Source: Candidatus Saccharimonadota bacterium
Lineage (GTDB): Bacteria > Patescibacteriota > Gracilibacteria > UBA1369 > 2-02-FULL-48-14
Assembly: GCA_016699145.1 (NCBI GenBank)
Contig: CP064962.1
Coordinates: 810,001 to 842,000 of the forward strand
Length of the DNA stretch: 32,000 nt
Reading direction: 5' to 3'
Shown: piece after piece, positions 9,401-17,458 of the stretch
Layout of the letters: the number at the start of each line of letters is the position of its first letter
How positions within the stretch are numbered: the stretch's first letter is position 1
Position numbers and translations under genes: made by a program
Notes under the pieces: generated by a model
Told to the model about the DNA's origin: nothing
The model's database searches: none
The model's input: only the letters and a program-made list of their open reading frames with translations

Positions 9401-9692
9401 TTTGTCCCCCGAAGCTCAAAAGCAGTCCATCCGGTTTTTCTTTTGCAATCACTTTTTCAACAAACACCGGTGTGATCGGCAAAAAATACACCTGATCAGC
9501 GAGCCCCTTGCTGGTTTGGTTTGTCGCAATGTTCGGATTGATCAAAACCACCTCCACCCCTTCCTCTTTCAAAGCTTTAATCGCCTGAGAACCGGAGTAG
9601 TCAAACTCGCCCGCCTCCCCAATCTTGAGAGCCCCCGATCCGAGGATCAGAACTTTTTTAGGAAGACGCAGCTTGGAAGCAGTTGGGGCCAA
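6456..9692 (-). CDS. carB: Carbamoyl-phosphate synthase large subunit
   Basis: 1078 aa with two ATP-grasp halves (ILGSGALKIGEAGEFDYSG; VLGSGAYCIGSSVEFDW) and an MGS-like C-terminus. The only available start in the ORF is TTG 9692. No carA gene is adjacent. Confidence 0.97.
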   Translation of the reverse strand: MAPTASKLRLPKKVLILGSGALKIGEAGEFDYSGSQAIKALKEEGVEVVLINPNIATNQTSKGLADQVYFLPITPVFVEKVIAKEKPDGLLLSFGGQTALNCGVALKNLGILDKYDVRVYGTPVSSIEKTEDRELFNKELQKIDVKVPRSIACTSASAAMKAGEKIGFPLLVRAAFALGGKGSGFANNEKELKELVDTAFAFSPQVLVEESLKGWKEIEYEVVRDSNDNCITVCNMENFDPLGIHTGESIVIAPSQTLSNSEYHMLRELALKVIRHLGIVGECNIQYALDPQSEEYRVIEVNARLSRSSALASKATGYPLAYVAAKLALGYSLPELRNAITGVTTACFEPALDYVALKIPRWDLDKFRKVSHHISSEMKSVGEIMALGRSFEEVIQKGLRMLQIGMIGLTGNERLNIDTENLRAAISKPTPKRILAIAEALRQGWDVMEIYKLSGVDPWFLGKLKRIVDMDAQLEKEELDEDLLRSAKKLGFSDKQIGLTRNCEEMEVRKLRKKFKVLPAVKQIDTMAAEYPAKTNYLYLTYHGDKHDVGFAPSKTSKKEPKKKAIVLGSGAYCIGSSVEFDWCSINAVKTLQANGYETMMINYNPETVSTDYDMCDRLYFDELSLERVLDIYELEDPEGVVVSTGGQIPNNLVNKLDSAGVNIFGTSGRSIDQAENRHKFSQLLDRLDVDQPKWKEFAKTEDAFKFADAVGYPVLVRPSYVLSGAAMAVAQNEEGLCAYLDKAARISKEAPVVITKFELGAKEIEIDAVAQNGELLIYAIGEHVENAGVHSGDATIVLPPQKLYLETIKRVRLIAKKIAEALKISGPFNIQFLAVNNDIKVIECNLRSSRSFPFSSKVTGYNFIEVATEAMLGKAKKRDYKTLDLDYVGVKAPQFSFSRLKGADPVLGVEMASTGEVACFGDDLNEAFLKAMLSTGFEIPKPESAVLISIGSIEGKADFLSAARKLVARGHPLYATPGTAKVFEENEVPVTVVHKIDSGLSPNCEELIKKDKISWVINIPRGYSHEDATLGYQIRRLTIDNNISLTIDLKVAKLMVDSIERYSIDDLAIEPWSHYLE

Positions 9693-9790
9693 GTCTCGAA
9701 AGTGTAAGGGAAATCTATCTCAAAGAATGTAGCGTCCGCTCAGCCCCGATGCAAGAGAATTGAAAGCCCGCAAAGGCCCTAATTGTAGCG

Positions 9791-10123
9791 TCATTCCATC
9801 AACTTGGCCAAATTTTTTCGCACGCGATTCAAGACCGAAGTGCTAGCCTTTTCAATGAACTCCAAGCGTCTAGATTGCCAATCCACTGCTCGAATTTGAT
9901 CAGATAGCACAGCCCCCTCTAGCTGCAACTCCTTCAAGGGAACCTCAAAAGGATACCCTTTCACCTGAGAAGTAACAGGACAAATCAAGGCCATTCCGAT
10001 GCGATTGTAAGTGGAACTAGAAACAACCATGACAGGGCGACGCCCTTTTTGTTCATGCCCCAAAGTAGGGTCCAGCGTAAGCCATGCCAAATCACCTTGC
10101 TTGGGAATATAAACAGTCACCAT
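9791..10123 (-). CDS. mazF: MazF/PemK endoribonuclease toxin
   Basis: 110 aa. PKQGDLAWLTLDPTLGHEQKGRRPVMVVS...ICPVTSQVKGYPFEVPL...VLSDQIRAVDW is a classic MazF pattern. It overlaps mazE by 7 nt. Confidence 0.9.
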   Translation of the reverse strand: MVTVYIPKQGDLAWLTLDPTLGHEQKGRRPVMVVSSSTYNRIGMALICPVTSQVKGYPFEVPLKELQLEGAVLSDQIRAVDWQSRRLEFIEKASTSVLNRVRKNLAKLME

Positions 10124-10350
10124 ATTTCTTTTCCTACAGTGTCAAATTCTAAAAGTAAATCATGTCGATTTTCAGGAGTGATTTGAGCCACCATCTCTTT
10201 TAAGGTTTCTTCAGGAGGGGAAAGGATGATTTTTTTGCCCACCAATTGCATCTGAATCACGGTGCCCGCTTTAACGGGAATCGCTGCAGCAAAAACTTTA
10301 GGGATGCGCAGTCCCAAACTATTCCCCCATTTTGATACCTTGGTCTTCAT
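10117..10350 (-). CDS. mazE: MazE antitoxin (AbrB/SpoVT fold)
   Basis: MKTKVSKWGNSLGLRIPKVFA is the AbrB-type looped-hinge-helix motif. The start was set at ATG 10350. The 120-aa track ORF extension would overlap the comM 3' end. Confidence 0.88.
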   Translation of the reverse strand: MKTKVSKWGNSLGLRIPKVFAAAIPVKAGTVIQMQLVGKKIILSPPEETLKEMVAQITPENRHDLLLEFDTVGKEIW

Positions 10351-10408
10351 GAATGTATAGTATGATGTATATACAAAGGATATACGTCTTTCATAAAAAA
10401 GTCCACCC

Positions 10409-11890
10409 TCACATCCGATACTGCAAAGCCTCCACCATGTGCACGTATTCAATCCGTTCGCTGGCCTCAAAATCAGCAATGCTGCGTGCCACTTTGAGCA
10501 ACTTGTGCAAAGCCCGCCCCGACAATTTATAATGATGCGTGGATTGTCGTAAAAAATCTTCCGTTTTCAGATCCAAGTTTTCGCGAGCCAGCCACAAGGG
10601 TGGCAAATGTTGATTCACATGGAATCCTTCATTTTTATAACGCCAAGCCTGCCGTTCGCGGGCCGCCAGCACCCGCTCTCGGTACGAAACACCACTCAAA
10701 GGGGAGGCTTTAAAATCGTCATAGGCCATGCGAGGCACCTCCACACTCAAATCGAGACGATCCAAAATAGGGCCTGAGATTTTCTTTTGATAACGTGCCT
10801 TTTCCGCCGCTGTGCAACGGCAAGGTTTTTCAGGATCACTCGCATAGCCACAAGGACATGGATTGCGAGTGGCAACAAGCTGAAAATCGCAAGAGTAATG
10901 GCAACTGGATTTCCCATAGCGCAGGCGCAATTCCTGGCCTTCCAAGGGGCCGCGTAGGCCCTCTAAAATTTCACGAGAAAATTCAGGAAATTCATCCATC
11001 ATCAAAACGCCGCGATGCGCCAAACTGAGCTCCCCGGGGCAAAGGCTGGCTCCGCCGCCGAACACGGTGAAAGGAGTGGAGCGAGGATGAATACTGCGAA
11101 AAGGCCGAGTGTTGGCCATGGAAACCGCTTCCCGCCCCGCAACCGAATGAATGGCTAAAACCTCTAGTTTTTCTTCAGAACTCAACGGAGGCAAAAGTTG
11201 CACAAAACATTGTGCAAGCAAAGTTTTCCCGCTGCCGGGTGGCCCGGACATCAGCACATGATGCCCGCCGCTGGCCGCAATGGCCAGCGCGCGCTTGGCC
11301 CCCGCCTGTCCCGCAATCGACTCAAAATCCAAAATCGCCTCGGCTTCCATAAACGATTTTTCATCGTCCTCTACAAACGCGGGGCGCTCGCCGCTTTTTA
11401 AATATTCAATCACTTCTTGAAGATGCGAAAATCCAAAAATTTCCAAACCCTCCACCAGGCTCGCTTCGGCCAAATTCCCGCGCGGCAATAAAACACGTTT
11501 CACTCCATTTTTGCGTGCGTACAAAAGGGCCGGTAAAAGGCCTTTTACCGGACGTAAATCCCCGTTCAAACTCAGTTCCCCCAGCGCCCAAGTATCCGCA
11601 GAAAAACCGGCAATTTCCTTGGTCAACATCAAAAAACCAAGCGCAATGGGCAGATCGAAATGGCTCCCGCTTTTATGCAGTTCCGCAGGTGCCAAATTCA
11701 CAATTTTACGCGTGAGCGGAAAACGAAAACCACTGCTGGTCAGCGCACTCCGCACGCGATCTTTGGCCTCCTGCACACTGGTCCCCGCCATCCCGATGAT
11801 CGAAAACACGGGCATGCCTGGACTCACCTCCACTTCAATGTGAACGGGAAGCACCGTGATGCCCTGCAGGGTGTACGAAGAAAGCAGCAT
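10409..11890 (-). CDS. comM: YifB/ComM family Mg-chelatase-like AAA+ ATPase
   Basis: 493 aa. Has a Lon-protease-like N-domain (GMPVFSIIGMAGTSVQEAKDRV), Walker A (MSGPPGSGKT), GVLMMDEFPEF and a CPCG zinc motif. Confidence 0.95.
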   Translation of the reverse strand: MLLSSYTLQGITVLPVHIEVEVSPGMPVFSIIGMAGTSVQEAKDRVRSALTSSGFRFPLTRKIVNLAPAELHKSGSHFDLPIALGFLMLTKEIAGFSADTWALGELSLNGDLRPVKGLLPALLYARKNGVKRVLLPRGNLAEASLVEGLEIFGFSHLQEVIEYLKSGERPAFVEDDEKSFMEAEAILDFESIAGQAGAKRALAIAASGGHHVLMSGPPGSGKTLLAQCFVQLLPPLSSEEKLEVLAIHSVAGREAVSMANTRPFRSIHPRSTPFTVFGGGASLCPGELSLAHRGVLMMDEFPEFSREILEGLRGPLEGQELRLRYGKSSCHYSCDFQLVATRNPCPCGYASDPEKPCRCTAAEKARYQKKISGPILDRLDLSVEVPRMAYDDFKASPLSGVSYRERVLAARERQAWRYKNEGFHVNQHLPPLWLARENLDLKTEDFLRQSTHHYKLSGRALHKLLKVARSIADFEASERIEYVHMVEALQYRM

Positions 11891-11982
11891 AGACTTTCAG
11901 TTTCGCCAAAATCTTCATTTTTGTGAAATCTTGTACAAAACCCCCTCCTTAAAATGACGTTGTTGGAGCGCCGACAACAGCC

Positions 11983-12330
11983 CTAAAATTCATAACAATC
12001 GAGCAGAGGAATCCCTTCCTGAAGTTCCACGCTATAAAACAAAAAACGCGCCTCTCGCCATTCTTTTTTCCGCCTTTTCCATTCCCAGGCCGTTCGATAA
12101 AAACGGCTTTGCTTGGTCTCAGTCATGGCTTCGAGGGGACTGCCAAACCGCTCATTGCGCCGCCCCTTCACCTCCACAAAAAACAGCTCCTGCGCTGGGG
12201 ACTCGGCAATCAAATCCACCTCCCCTCCCTTAAAACGCACCCGCCTTTCCAAAATCCGCCACCCCCGCACACACTCCAAATACTGCGCCACCTGTTCTTC
12301 ACACCACAGACCAAAGGCGTGAGGGTTCAT
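11983..12330 (-). CDS. yraN: YraN-family (UPF0102) endonuclease-like protein
   Basis: GLWCEEQVAQYLE...GGEVDLIAES...FFVEVKGRRNERFGSPLEAMT is the typical YraN pattern. The start at ATG 12330 forms an ATGA overlap with the upstream gene's stop. Confidence 0.85.
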   Translation of the reverse strand: MNPHAFGLWCEEQVAQYLECVRGWRILERRVRFKGGEVDLIAESPAQELFFVEVKGRRNERFGSPLEAMTETKQSRFYRTAWEWKRRKKEWREARFLFYSVELQEGIPLLDCYEF

Positions 12331-12686
12331 AGAGAGATGGATACACCCAGTTTTTGTGCTCGCTGCTGCAGCTCTGCCAGTGTTTTCTCCCAATCGCCTA
12401 CAGAGCTCGAATATTGCCCGGATGCTCTAAAATAACAAACACGCTCACTCGCGGGTAAGTCTTCTAAAAGACTACCCAAGCTTGCTTTGCGTCCGCCACT
12501 AATCATCTCAAAGCCATTTGGAAGTATGACACGGTTAACCCACCAGCCATGCATTCTTGTTAGATCATTGGTGCTGGGGATAAGCGTTTGAAAATCCACC
12601 ACCGCCCTTTTAAGTTGAGCGATTAACTCAGCTCTCGCCTCCGTATCTACCGCCACAGGATCTTCACCGGGACCTCCTAAACCCAT
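12327..12686 (-). CDS. Hypothetical protein, translationally coupled to yraN
   Basis: 119-aa ORF whose TGA overlaps the yraN ATG (ATGA at 12327..12330). No family was recognised. Confidence 0.5.
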   Translation of the reverse strand: MGLGGPGEDPVAVDTEARAELIAQLKRAVVDFQTLIPSTNDLTRMHGWWVNRVILPNGFEMISGGRKASLGSLLEDLPASERVCYFRASGQYSSSVGDWEKTLAELQQRAQKLGVSISL

Positions 12687-12931
12687 AAAAATTCTTTATT
12701 AAACAAGAAACAATTGTTAACTCAAACCCGGCAACTTCGCAAGGCGCGCAAGTTGACAAGCCGTCAAGAAAAGTATCAAAGAAGCAAGAATCGCCAAAAA
12801 AGCCTCATTTGGATTCAACCAGACTTTTTTGGGAGCTTAGCCCCACTCCCCTTGCCCCCCAAACGGCTTTGTGCAAAACTAAAAACCCGCCTCGCGCCTT
12901 CGCAAATCATGCAAGGCCAGGCCTCCTTTTT

Positions 12932-13324
12932 ATGGCCGATCTCAAAGTCCCTCCTCACAGTGTCGAAGCCGAAAAATCCGTGCTCGGATCGGTGATGGTG
13001 GAAAAAAACGCATTGCTTAAAATCGCAGACCTCCTTCAACCCGAGGACTTTTACTACGAGACCCACGCCAGCATTTACACTGGCATCCAGGAGCTTTTTG
13101 CAAAACGCAGTCCCATCGACATCCTCACGGTTAAAACCTGGCTCAAAGACAACGGCAAGCTCGACGAAGTCGGCGGCCAAACTTATTTGGAAGAAATGTG
13201 CAACGAAGTGCTCACGGCCTCACACGTCTTTCAATACGCGCTCATTGTCAAACAAAAATCCACGCTCCGTAAACTCATCACTTCCGGCGGCAACATCACC
13301 GCTTTAGCCTACAAAGAGGAGTAA
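12932..13324 (+). CDS. dnaB: Replicative DNA helicase DnaB, N-terminal domain segment, ending at an in-frame TAA
   Basis: MADLKVPPHSVEAEKSVLGSVM...PEDFYYETHASIY is the DnaB N-terminal domain signature. The start was set at ATG 12932. The segment ends at TAA 13322..13324, in the same frame as the next segment. Confidence 0.9.
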   Translation: MADLKVPPHSVEAEKSVLGSVMVEKNALLKIADLLQPEDFYYETHASIYTGIQELFAKRSPIDILTVKTWLKDNGKLDEVGGQTYLEEMCNEVLTASHVFQYALIVKQKSTLRKLITSGGNITALAYKEE

Positions 13325-13327
13325 GAA

Positions 13328-14287
13328 GTGGATGAGCTGGTGGACAAGGCGGAGCAAGAACTCTTCAAAGTCTCGCAAACCTTCATGCGCAATCGCTTCG
13401 TGCCCATCAAAGACATCCTCGCCAGCACCTATGAAAAAATTTCAGATCTCCATGATCCAGAAGCAGCCGCCAAATACAAAGGACTCGCCACGGGTTTTGG
13501 TTCCCTGGACCACTTGCTCACCGGTTTACAACCTTCCGACCTCATCATTCTCGCCGCCCGTCCCTCCATGGGGAAAACCGCCTTTGCTCTCAACCTGGGA
13601 CTCAATGCGGCACTGCGCGGCAAAAGTATAGGAATCATTTCACTCGAAATGTCCAAAGAACAACTTGTGGAACGCCTCTTCATTTCCATGCTCGGAGTGG
13701 ACAGTTGGAAGCTGAAGAACGGCCAACTCACCCAAGACGACTTCATGCGCATGGGCCAAGTTATGGATCAACTCAACAGCTGCAAAATCTTTATAGACGA
13801 TTCCGCCGGCGTCGCCACCTCCGAACTGCGTGCCAAGGCCCGCCGCCTGCAAATGGAGCACGGCCTCGACTTGCTCATTGTGGATTACCTTCAACTCATG
13901 TCCATGGGCAAGGGCATGCTCTCTATTACGAACCGCGTCCAAGAAATTTCCGAAATTTCTCGTTCCCTCAAACAGCTCGCTCGTGAACTGCACATCCCCA
14001 TCATGGCCCTCTCCCAACTCTCTCGTGCCGTCGAAGCACGTCCCGTTAAAATCCCGCAACTCTCCGACCTTCGCGAATCAGGAGCCATTGAGCAGGATGC
14101 AGACGTCGTAATGATGATGTACCGCGAAGATTACTACGAAGAAGACACCGAACGCCAAGGCATCACCGACATTTACGTGCGCAAACACCGCCACGGCATG
14201 GTGGGCCGCGCCGAACTCATGTTCCGCAAGGAGCAAATGAAATTCTACGACATCGACCGTCAACGAAGTGGAACTTTTGAGGATTAG
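13328..14287 (+). CDS. dnaB: Replicative DNA helicase DnaB, linker plus RecA-like C-terminal domain segment
   Basis: Contains TGFGSLDHLLTGLQPSDLIILAARPSMGKTAFALN (Walker A), LLIVDYLQLM (Walker B), ALSQLSRAVE and SDLRESGAIEQDADVV. It is in the same frame as 12932..13324, and the two pieces together span 452 codons. Confidence 0.92.
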   Translation: MDELVDKAEQELFKVSQTFMRNRFVPIKDILASTYEKISDLHDPEAAAKYKGLATGFGSLDHLLTGLQPSDLIILAARPSMGKTAFALNLGLNAALRGKSIGIISLEMSKEQLVERLFISMLGVDSWKLKNGQLTQDDFMRMGQVMDQLNSCKIFIDDSAGVATSELRAKARRLQMEHGLDLLIVDYLQLMSMGKGMLSITNRVQEISEISRSLKQLARELHIPIMALSQLSRAVEARPVKIPQLSDLRESGAIEQDADVVMMMYREDYYEEDTERQGITDIYVRKHRHGMVGRAELMFRKEQMKFYDIDRQRSGTFED

Positions 14288-14419
14288 AACCTATCTCAAA
14301 AAGACAGGAGCTCATCTAACTGACATATATAATTTAGATCGACATAGAATCTATTGATTTTCACTAAAAATAAGATCAATCTAACATATAGAACTTTAAA
14401 GATCTCTCTATATATATAG

Positions 14420-15775
14420 ATGAACTTAATCAATTGGCAACAATTTGGTTTAAAAAAAGACCCCTACGACACCCTTCCTTTAATTGAAGGTGGAGACGTC
14501 CCAATTGAGCAGGCTTTTGTAGGACGCACAAAAGAAATTCAAGCATTGGACAACCTTTTTAAATCTGAAAGTCGTTTTGCCTTAGCCATTTGTGGAGATG
14601 TAGGAGTAGGAAAAACAAGTCTAGCGAATTTCCGAAAATACATGTGGAAAACCGCTAAACAAAATTCAATCTTTTCTTTTAGACGTGAAATTGAAGCGAA
14701 TGACTACTTGCTGAATAAGCGCAACTTCATGATAGAAATCATAGGGTCTATTTTAAGAGAAATTAGGCTTCTTCAGCCTAAACTTTTAGAACAGAAGCTA
14801 CTCAAACGACTCAGCCAAATTGTAGACATCACTCAAACACTGAGTATCACAGGTGGCGCCAACATCTTAGGTTTCGGAGCAGATTTAGGGGTTGATAAAG
14901 CAAATTTTCCTCCAATCCAATTGGCGAATGCAAGTTTAGAGCAGTACTACTTAGAGCTCATTGATTTCATTAAAAAGACAGAAATCTTAAAGAAAAGATA
15001 CAAAGGCATTATTATCCACGTGAATAATTTTGATGTAGTCTTGAAGAACAAAGAAGGCCACCGAAAAGTGATCGATTTTTTTAACGAAATAAGAGACATA
15101 TTACAAACCCCCGATGTCTATTTCCTTTTCTTAGGCCCAAGGAATTTCTTTAAGGATATCATCAGCACACAAAAGAGAGTTGAAAGCATTTTCATTCGCA
15201 CACCTTTGTTCATCAATCCTTTAAGTAAAACCGAAATTGTAGAAGCTTTTAACGAAAGAATGAGTCTTTTAAAATCAGAAGGCGTCATTTCTTACATCAA
15301 GCCCGTAGAAGATGAAGTGATTTTTCAACTTTATGACCTGTATGGAGGAGATATAAGATCGATCATGTCAGCGGTGAGAGATATTTTAGGGCAGTACTCC
15401 GGCACCACTGCCCGGCCACTTCCCTATAAAGAAGCCCTTTATCTTCTGGGTAAAGAAAGGTGGGAGCGCATTGAAAATGAAGTGATAAGATTAACTCCAG
15501 AACAAAAGCAAGTTTTAGTTTACCTTGCCCGATCAGATAAATACATCAGCCAAAAAGAAATAGCTCAATTGTTCAAAAAAGCACAATCAAACGTGTCAGG
15601 CTACTACTTCAAGCCATTGAGAGAGTTGGACATCATTGAAGAAAAAGAAAAGATTGGAAGAGTCCCTTACTATGGTTTGACAATCAAGTATCAACCCATC
15701 AAATTCCTTGTAAACTCTAGGGAGGAACTTGTAAAATCTGCCAGGAAGAAAGGCAATCAACTCAACTTATTTTAA
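14420..15775 (+). CDS. P-loop NTPase (ExeA/AAA_22- or Orc1/Cdc6-like) with a C-terminal winged-helix domain; AT-rich, probably horizontally acquired
   Basis: 451 aa. The N-terminal FGLKKDPY...FVGRTKEIQAL is followed by Walker A GDVGVGKTS (14594..14620) and a Walker B-like IIIHVNNFD. The C-terminal LTPEQKQVLVYLARSDKYISQKEIAQLF...YFKPLRELDII is wHTH-like. The gene is markedly AT-richer than the flanking dnaB and lysS. Confidence 0.75.
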   Translation: MNLINWQQFGLKKDPYDTLPLIEGGDVPIEQAFVGRTKEIQALDNLFKSESRFALAICGDVGVGKTSLANFRKYMWKTAKQNSIFSFRREIEANDYLLNKRNFMIEIIGSILREIRLLQPKLLEQKLLKRLSQIVDITQTLSITGGANILGFGADLGVDKANFPPIQLANASLEQYYLELIDFIKKTEILKKRYKGIIIHVNNFDVVLKNKEGHRKVIDFFNEIRDILQTPDVYFLFLGPRNFFKDIISTQKRVESIFIRTPLFINPLSKTEIVEAFNERMSLLKSEGVISYIKPVEDEVIFQLYDLYGGDIRSIMSAVRDILGQYSGTTARPLPYKEALYLLGKERWERIENEVIRLTPEQKQVLVYLARSDKYISQKEIAQLFKKAQSNVSGYYFKPLRELDIIEEKEKIGRVPYYGLTIKYQPIKFLVNSREELVKSARKKGNQLNLF

Positions 15776-15776
15776 T

Positions 15777-17399
15777 ATGCCCTCTCAAGAATACAACGAT
15801 CGTCTTCGCAAAGCGGATGAACTCCGCAAGCTCGGAATCAACCCTTATCCCGCTCGCTACGAAGGGTCTCATTCGATTGCCGAAGTCCTCGCTTCCAAAA
15901 AAGCGCAAAAAACACGCAGCATCGAAGACATTTTGGCAGATAAAATTTCCACCGATTTCACGATCCGCGGTCGTCTCATGACCCTGCGTGAACACGGACG
16001 CTTAGCTTTCGCAAACCTAAAAGACGCAACCGGCACGATTCAAATCTGTTTTATGGAACAAGTGCTCGGTAAAGAAAATTACAAACTGCTCCGTAAAGTG
16101 GACATGGGCGACTTCATTGGCGCGTCTGGAGAACTGTTCATGACCAAGCACGGCCAGCTCACGCTTCTCATCAAAGACTGGACTTTTCTCGGCAAAACCC
16201 TACGTCCACTGCCTGAAAAATGGCATGGACTTCAAGATCAAGAAGCCAAATACCGCCAACGCTACCTCGACCTGGTGATGAGTGAAGAGACCACGTCCCG
16301 CTTTGTGTTTCGCAGTCGTTTCATCGAAGAAATCCGCCAATTCCTTAATTTGCACAGCTTCCTCGAAGTAGAAACCCCGGTGCTCGCGGCGATCGCCTCC
16401 GGCGCCACCGCTCGCCCCTTCCTCACGCATCACAACGCGCTCGACCTCGATGTACACCTACGCATCGCACCCGAACTCTATTTAAAACGCCTCATCGCCG
16501 GCGGCATGGAGCGCGTCTACGAATTCGCCAAATGCTTCCGCAACGAAGGCATGGATCCCTCCCACCTCCAAGAATTCACCATGCTCGAATATTACGGCGC
16601 TTATTGGAATTATGAGGACAACATGAACTTCACCGAAAAAATGCTCACCACGGTTATTAAAAAGCTTTTCGGCACGACAAAAATCAAAGTTCGCTCTCGC
16701 GACGGTAGCGATGTAGAAGTGGACTTCAAAGCGCCTTGGCCGCGTATTTCTTTTGGTGAACTCATCGAAAAAGACAGCGGCATCAAGATTTACGATTTTC
16801 TCACTCCCGAACATCCCGAAGGCGACGTCGTCGCCCTCCGCGCGGCCATTAAAAAAGCACGAGATCCACAGGGGCAAAAAATTATCCTCGAAGACGCTGA
16901 AAAAATGGGTTACGGAAACCTCTGTGATGCTCTCTACAAAAAAGTCAGCCGACCCAAACTCATCAATCCGTGCTTTGTGATCGACCACCCTGCCAGCACC
17001 ATGCCTTTAGCGCGTCGCAGCGATGAAAATCCAAAAGTGTGCGAAACTTTTCAACTCCTCGTGAACACTTGGGAAGTGGTCAAAGCCTACTCAGAGCTCG
17101 TGGATCCTGTGGACCAACGCGAGCGCTTCATTGAACAAGCCAAAGCCGCCGCCGGCGGAGACGAAGAGGCCATGGATATGGACCTCGACTACCTCACCGC
17201 GATGGAACACGGCATGCCCCCCATCTCTGGATTCGGCATGGGCATCGACCGCATCGTTACCCTTTTGACCGGCCAAGACAACCTCCGCGACGCCGTGCTC
17301 TTCCCCATCATGCGCCCTCTCGAGGAAGATCTCAAAGCCGCCAAAAAAATTGCAGAAAAAGCAAGAGAATCAGCGAAGAAAGGACACCGGAAGTCCTGA
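15777..17399 (+). CDS. lysS: Lysine--tRNA ligase, class II
   Basis: 540 aa. Has an OB-fold anticodon-binding N-domain and class II motifs (FLEVETPVL, YLRIAPELYLKRL, FRNEGMDPSHLQEFTMLE, GFGMGIDRIV). Its ATG is 1 nt after the upstream gene's stop. Confidence 0.97.
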   Translation: MPSQEYNDRLRKADELRKLGINPYPARYEGSHSIAEVLASKKAQKTRSIEDILADKISTDFTIRGRLMTLREHGRLAFANLKDATGTIQICFMEQVLGKENYKLLRKVDMGDFIGASGELFMTKHGQLTLLIKDWTFLGKTLRPLPEKWHGLQDQEAKYRQRYLDLVMSEETTSRFVFRSRFIEEIRQFLNLHSFLEVETPVLAAIASGATARPFLTHHNALDLDVHLRIAPELYLKRLIAGGMERVYEFAKCFRNEGMDPSHLQEFTMLEYYGAYWNYEDNMNFTEKMLTTVIKKLFGTTKIKVRSRDGSDVEVDFKAPWPRISFGELIEKDSGIKIYDFLTPEHPEGDVVALRAAIKKARDPQGQKIILEDAEKMGYGNLCDALYKKVSRPKLINPCFVIDHPASTMPLARRSDENPKVCETFQLLVNTWEVVKAYSELVDPVDQRERFIEQAKAAAGGDEEAMDMDLDYLTAMEHGMPPISGFGMGIDRIVTLLTGQDNLRDAVLFPIMRPLEEDLKAAKKIAEKARESAKKGHRKS

Positions 17400-17430
17400 C
17401 AAAAAACTGAAATGTACTTATAGTGAAGCC
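17396..17430 (+). promoter_or_regulatory. Putative promoter containing the shared motif CTTATAGTGAAGCC
   Basis: CTGACA (17396..17401), a 17-nt spacer, then TATAGT (17419..17424). The 14-mer at 17417..17430 is repeated exactly at 18347..18360, upstream of the next gene. Confidence 0.5.
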
Positions 17431-17458
17431 ACAAAAAAGAAATAACACTTCATCATCT

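Noticed and set aside
12731-12779. TTGACA (12753..12758)-15 nt-TATCAA as the dnaB promoter, with a flanking imperfect palindrome CAACTT...AAGTTG.
   Set aside because: The 15-nt spacing is suboptimal. The site is 150 nt from the dnaB ATG, and the palindrome has only a 6-bp stem with a 12-nt loop. This is too weak to report as a feature.
14288-14419. AT-rich repeats next to dnaB, considered as a replication origin or a CRISPR-like array.
   Set aside because: There are no DnaA-box-like (TTATCCACA) sequences and no regular repeat-spacer periodicity. Only short ATCTAAC and AGATC repeats occur in a 130-bp leader, which is more simply the promoter region of the inserted ATPase gene.
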